Source of the DNA: Trichinella spiralis
Lineage: Eukaryota
Assembly: GCF_000181795.1 (NCBI RefSeq)
Contig: NW_003526948.1
Span: 3,256,621-3,308,576, forward strand
DNA: 51,956 nt
Direction of reading: 5' to 3'
Shown: positions 50,124-51,956 of the stretch, in pieces
Layout: every line of letters begins with the position of its first letter
How positions within the stretch are numbered: the first letter of the stretch is position 1
Notes under the pieces: model-generated
Database searches by the model: none
What the model saw: the letters and a program-made list of their open reading frames with translations, nothing else
Told to the model about the DNA's origin: nothing
Position numbers and translations under genes: made by a program

Positions 50124-50142
50124 CTCTAGAGATTCGAACAAA

Positions 50143-51007
50143 NNNNNNNNNNNNNNNNNNNNNNNNNNNNNNNNNNNNNNNNNNNNNNNNNNNNNNNNNN
50201 NNNNNNNNNNNNNNNNNNNNNNNNNNNNNNNNNNNNNNNNNNNNNNNNNNNNNNNNNNNNNNNNNNNNNNNNNNNNNNNNNNNNNNNNNNNNNNNNNNNN
50301 NNNNNNNNNNNNNNNNNNNNNNNNNNNNNNNNNNNNNNNNNNNNNNNNNNNNNNNNNNNNNNNNNNNNNNNNNNNNNNNNNNNNNNNNNNNNNNNNNNNN
50401 NNNNNNNNNNNNNNNNNNNNNNNNNNNNNNNNNNNNNNNNNNNNNNNNNNNNNNNNNNNNNNNNNNNNNNNNNNNNNNNNNNNNNNNNNNNNNNNNNNNN
50501 NNNNNNNNNNNNNNNNNNNNNNNNNNNNNNNNNNNNNNNNNNNNNNNNNNNNNNNNNNNNNNNNNNNNNNNNNNNNNNNNNNNNNNNNNNNNNNNNNNNN
50601 NNNNNNNNNNNNNNNNNNNNNNNNNNNNNNNNNNNNNNNNNNNNNNNNNNNNNNNNNNNNNNNNNNNNNNNNNNNNNNNNNNNNNNNNNNNNNNNNNNNN
50701 NNNNNNNNNNNNNNNNNNNNNNNNNNNNNNNNNNNNNNNNNNNNNNNNNNNNNNNNNNNNNNNNNNNNNNNNNNNNNNNNNNNNNNNNNNNNNNNNNNNN
50801 NNNNNNNNNNNNNNNNNNNNNNNNNNNNNNNNNNNNNNNNNNNNNNNNNNNNNNNNNNNNNNNNNNNNNNNNNNNNNNNNNNNNNNNNNNNNNNNNNNNN
50901 NNNNNNNNNNNNNNNNNNNNNNNNNNNNNNNNNNNNNNNNNNNNNNNNNNNNNNNNNNNNNNNNNNNNNNNNNNNNNNNNNNNNNNNNNNNNNNNNNNNN
51001 NNNNNNN
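50143..51007. other. Assembly gap (N run)
   Basis: Run of N starting 11 nt after the hAT TSD. Confidence 0.98.
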
Positions 51008-51956
51008 GTGGATTCTGATACGGTTAGGGTCGCGTCGTGCAGTGTAACCCGTCGAACTCCTGCACACCACCCTATCTCACATTCCTCCTATCCTTGCACT
51101 GCTATTCTCAAGCATTTACTTATTCTAATACTCAAACTATAGCAGTGCTAAAAACTCACTAGGCTCAAAAATTGTCCTTTGAAATGATCGACAAATTATT
51201 CAATCATTTCACTTTCCGCAGATGAACCCTAAACTCAACTCGACAAGGCATGGGACGTGAAAACGTTCAAATGCGGAAAGCCACTCAAATTAATTATAAT
51301 AATACTCATGATCTACATCCAATTACTCTAATTAACAAACATCTGAATTAAATGCTCGATAACTTACAGCTCGAATTTATATAAATTACAGACTCAAGAA
51401 CTCCTCAGTGAAATTTAACTAATTAGCCTAACTCAAGGAATTATACTTACCAAACTTACCCTTGTCTTCTGGATGTCTTCTTTTATCTTCTATTCTTCTG
51501 TATCTAAATGTAGAAGAATTAATTTAATAAAATAATGTTATAATAAATAAAAAAACAAAGCCGTTTTTATTGTTCTTCTTCGTCCGTCATCGCATTGGAA
51601 ACGCCATTGTTCATTCGCCGCACATCGTTCGCCTACAATCATTTCAAATGAGTTTCTAGAGCAACTAATAGTAGCCTCAGGAAAATTTACATAAAGTTCA
51701 TTTCTATTGATTAACAAGCATGAAACGTATTCCTCATTTCATTGAACAAATATTATGCAAGTCACGCATAAGCTCAAAAGCAAACAAATTGAAATTGCAC
51801 TCAAATTTGCATTCAAACTAGACAACGCCCATGTTTTGATAAAAATAACATTTCTTCTATATCTAATAATGCACCCTTACTCAGTAGTTAAAGCAGAAAT
51901 AGATTCGAGCAAACATCACTTGTCGATGCCTTCTGCTAGTCCACAAAAGTCAATTT

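Noticed and set aside
50126..51070. 314-aa ORF
   Set aside because: Artefact of the N gap.
51460..51640. Minus-strand exon-like pieces (one frame reads CAANEQWRFQCDDG, faintly LDLa-like)
   Set aside because: The remaining LDLa cysteines and acidic motif are missing, and no consistent gene model could be built within the window.
1..51956. CRISPR arrays, tRNA, rRNA, snRNA or SL RNA genes
   Set aside because: No regularly spaced repeats, cloverleafs or recognisable conserved RNA motifs were found by eye. An Infernal/tRNAscan run would be needed to exclude divergent ones.

Overview
Eukaryotic, AT-rich genomic DNA with very short (about 50-95 nt) introns, TTTCAG-type acceptors and many microsatellites. 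It looks like a nematode, most plausibly a clade I nematode such as Trichinella; the taxon is an inference from sequence style only. Supported genes: the 3' end of a DNAJC17/Cwc23-like gene (+), an intronless Klumpfuss-type C2H2 zinc-finger gene (-), and a RASL10-like small GTPase (+) with no C-terminal CAAX. There is also a tight minus-strand cluster OST4 (a 42-aa ORF missing from the ORF track) - MRPL3 (11 exons, with a probable GC-AG intron) - ETFA (9 exons). The OST4-MRPL3 spacing fits a trans-spliced operon. The stretch 31-45.8 kb has no recognisable CDS but has GC-richer islands. The stretch 45.9-52 kb holds exon-like debris, a possible LTR remnant, a 749-bp deleted Buster/Charlie-type hAT element with an intact 8-bp TSD, and two assembly gaps. 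Weaker candidates are a C/D-box snoRNA, a CTCF-consensus site, a structured hairpin and small spliced ORFs. No prokaryotic-type systems (CRISPR etc.), tRNA or rRNA were seen.
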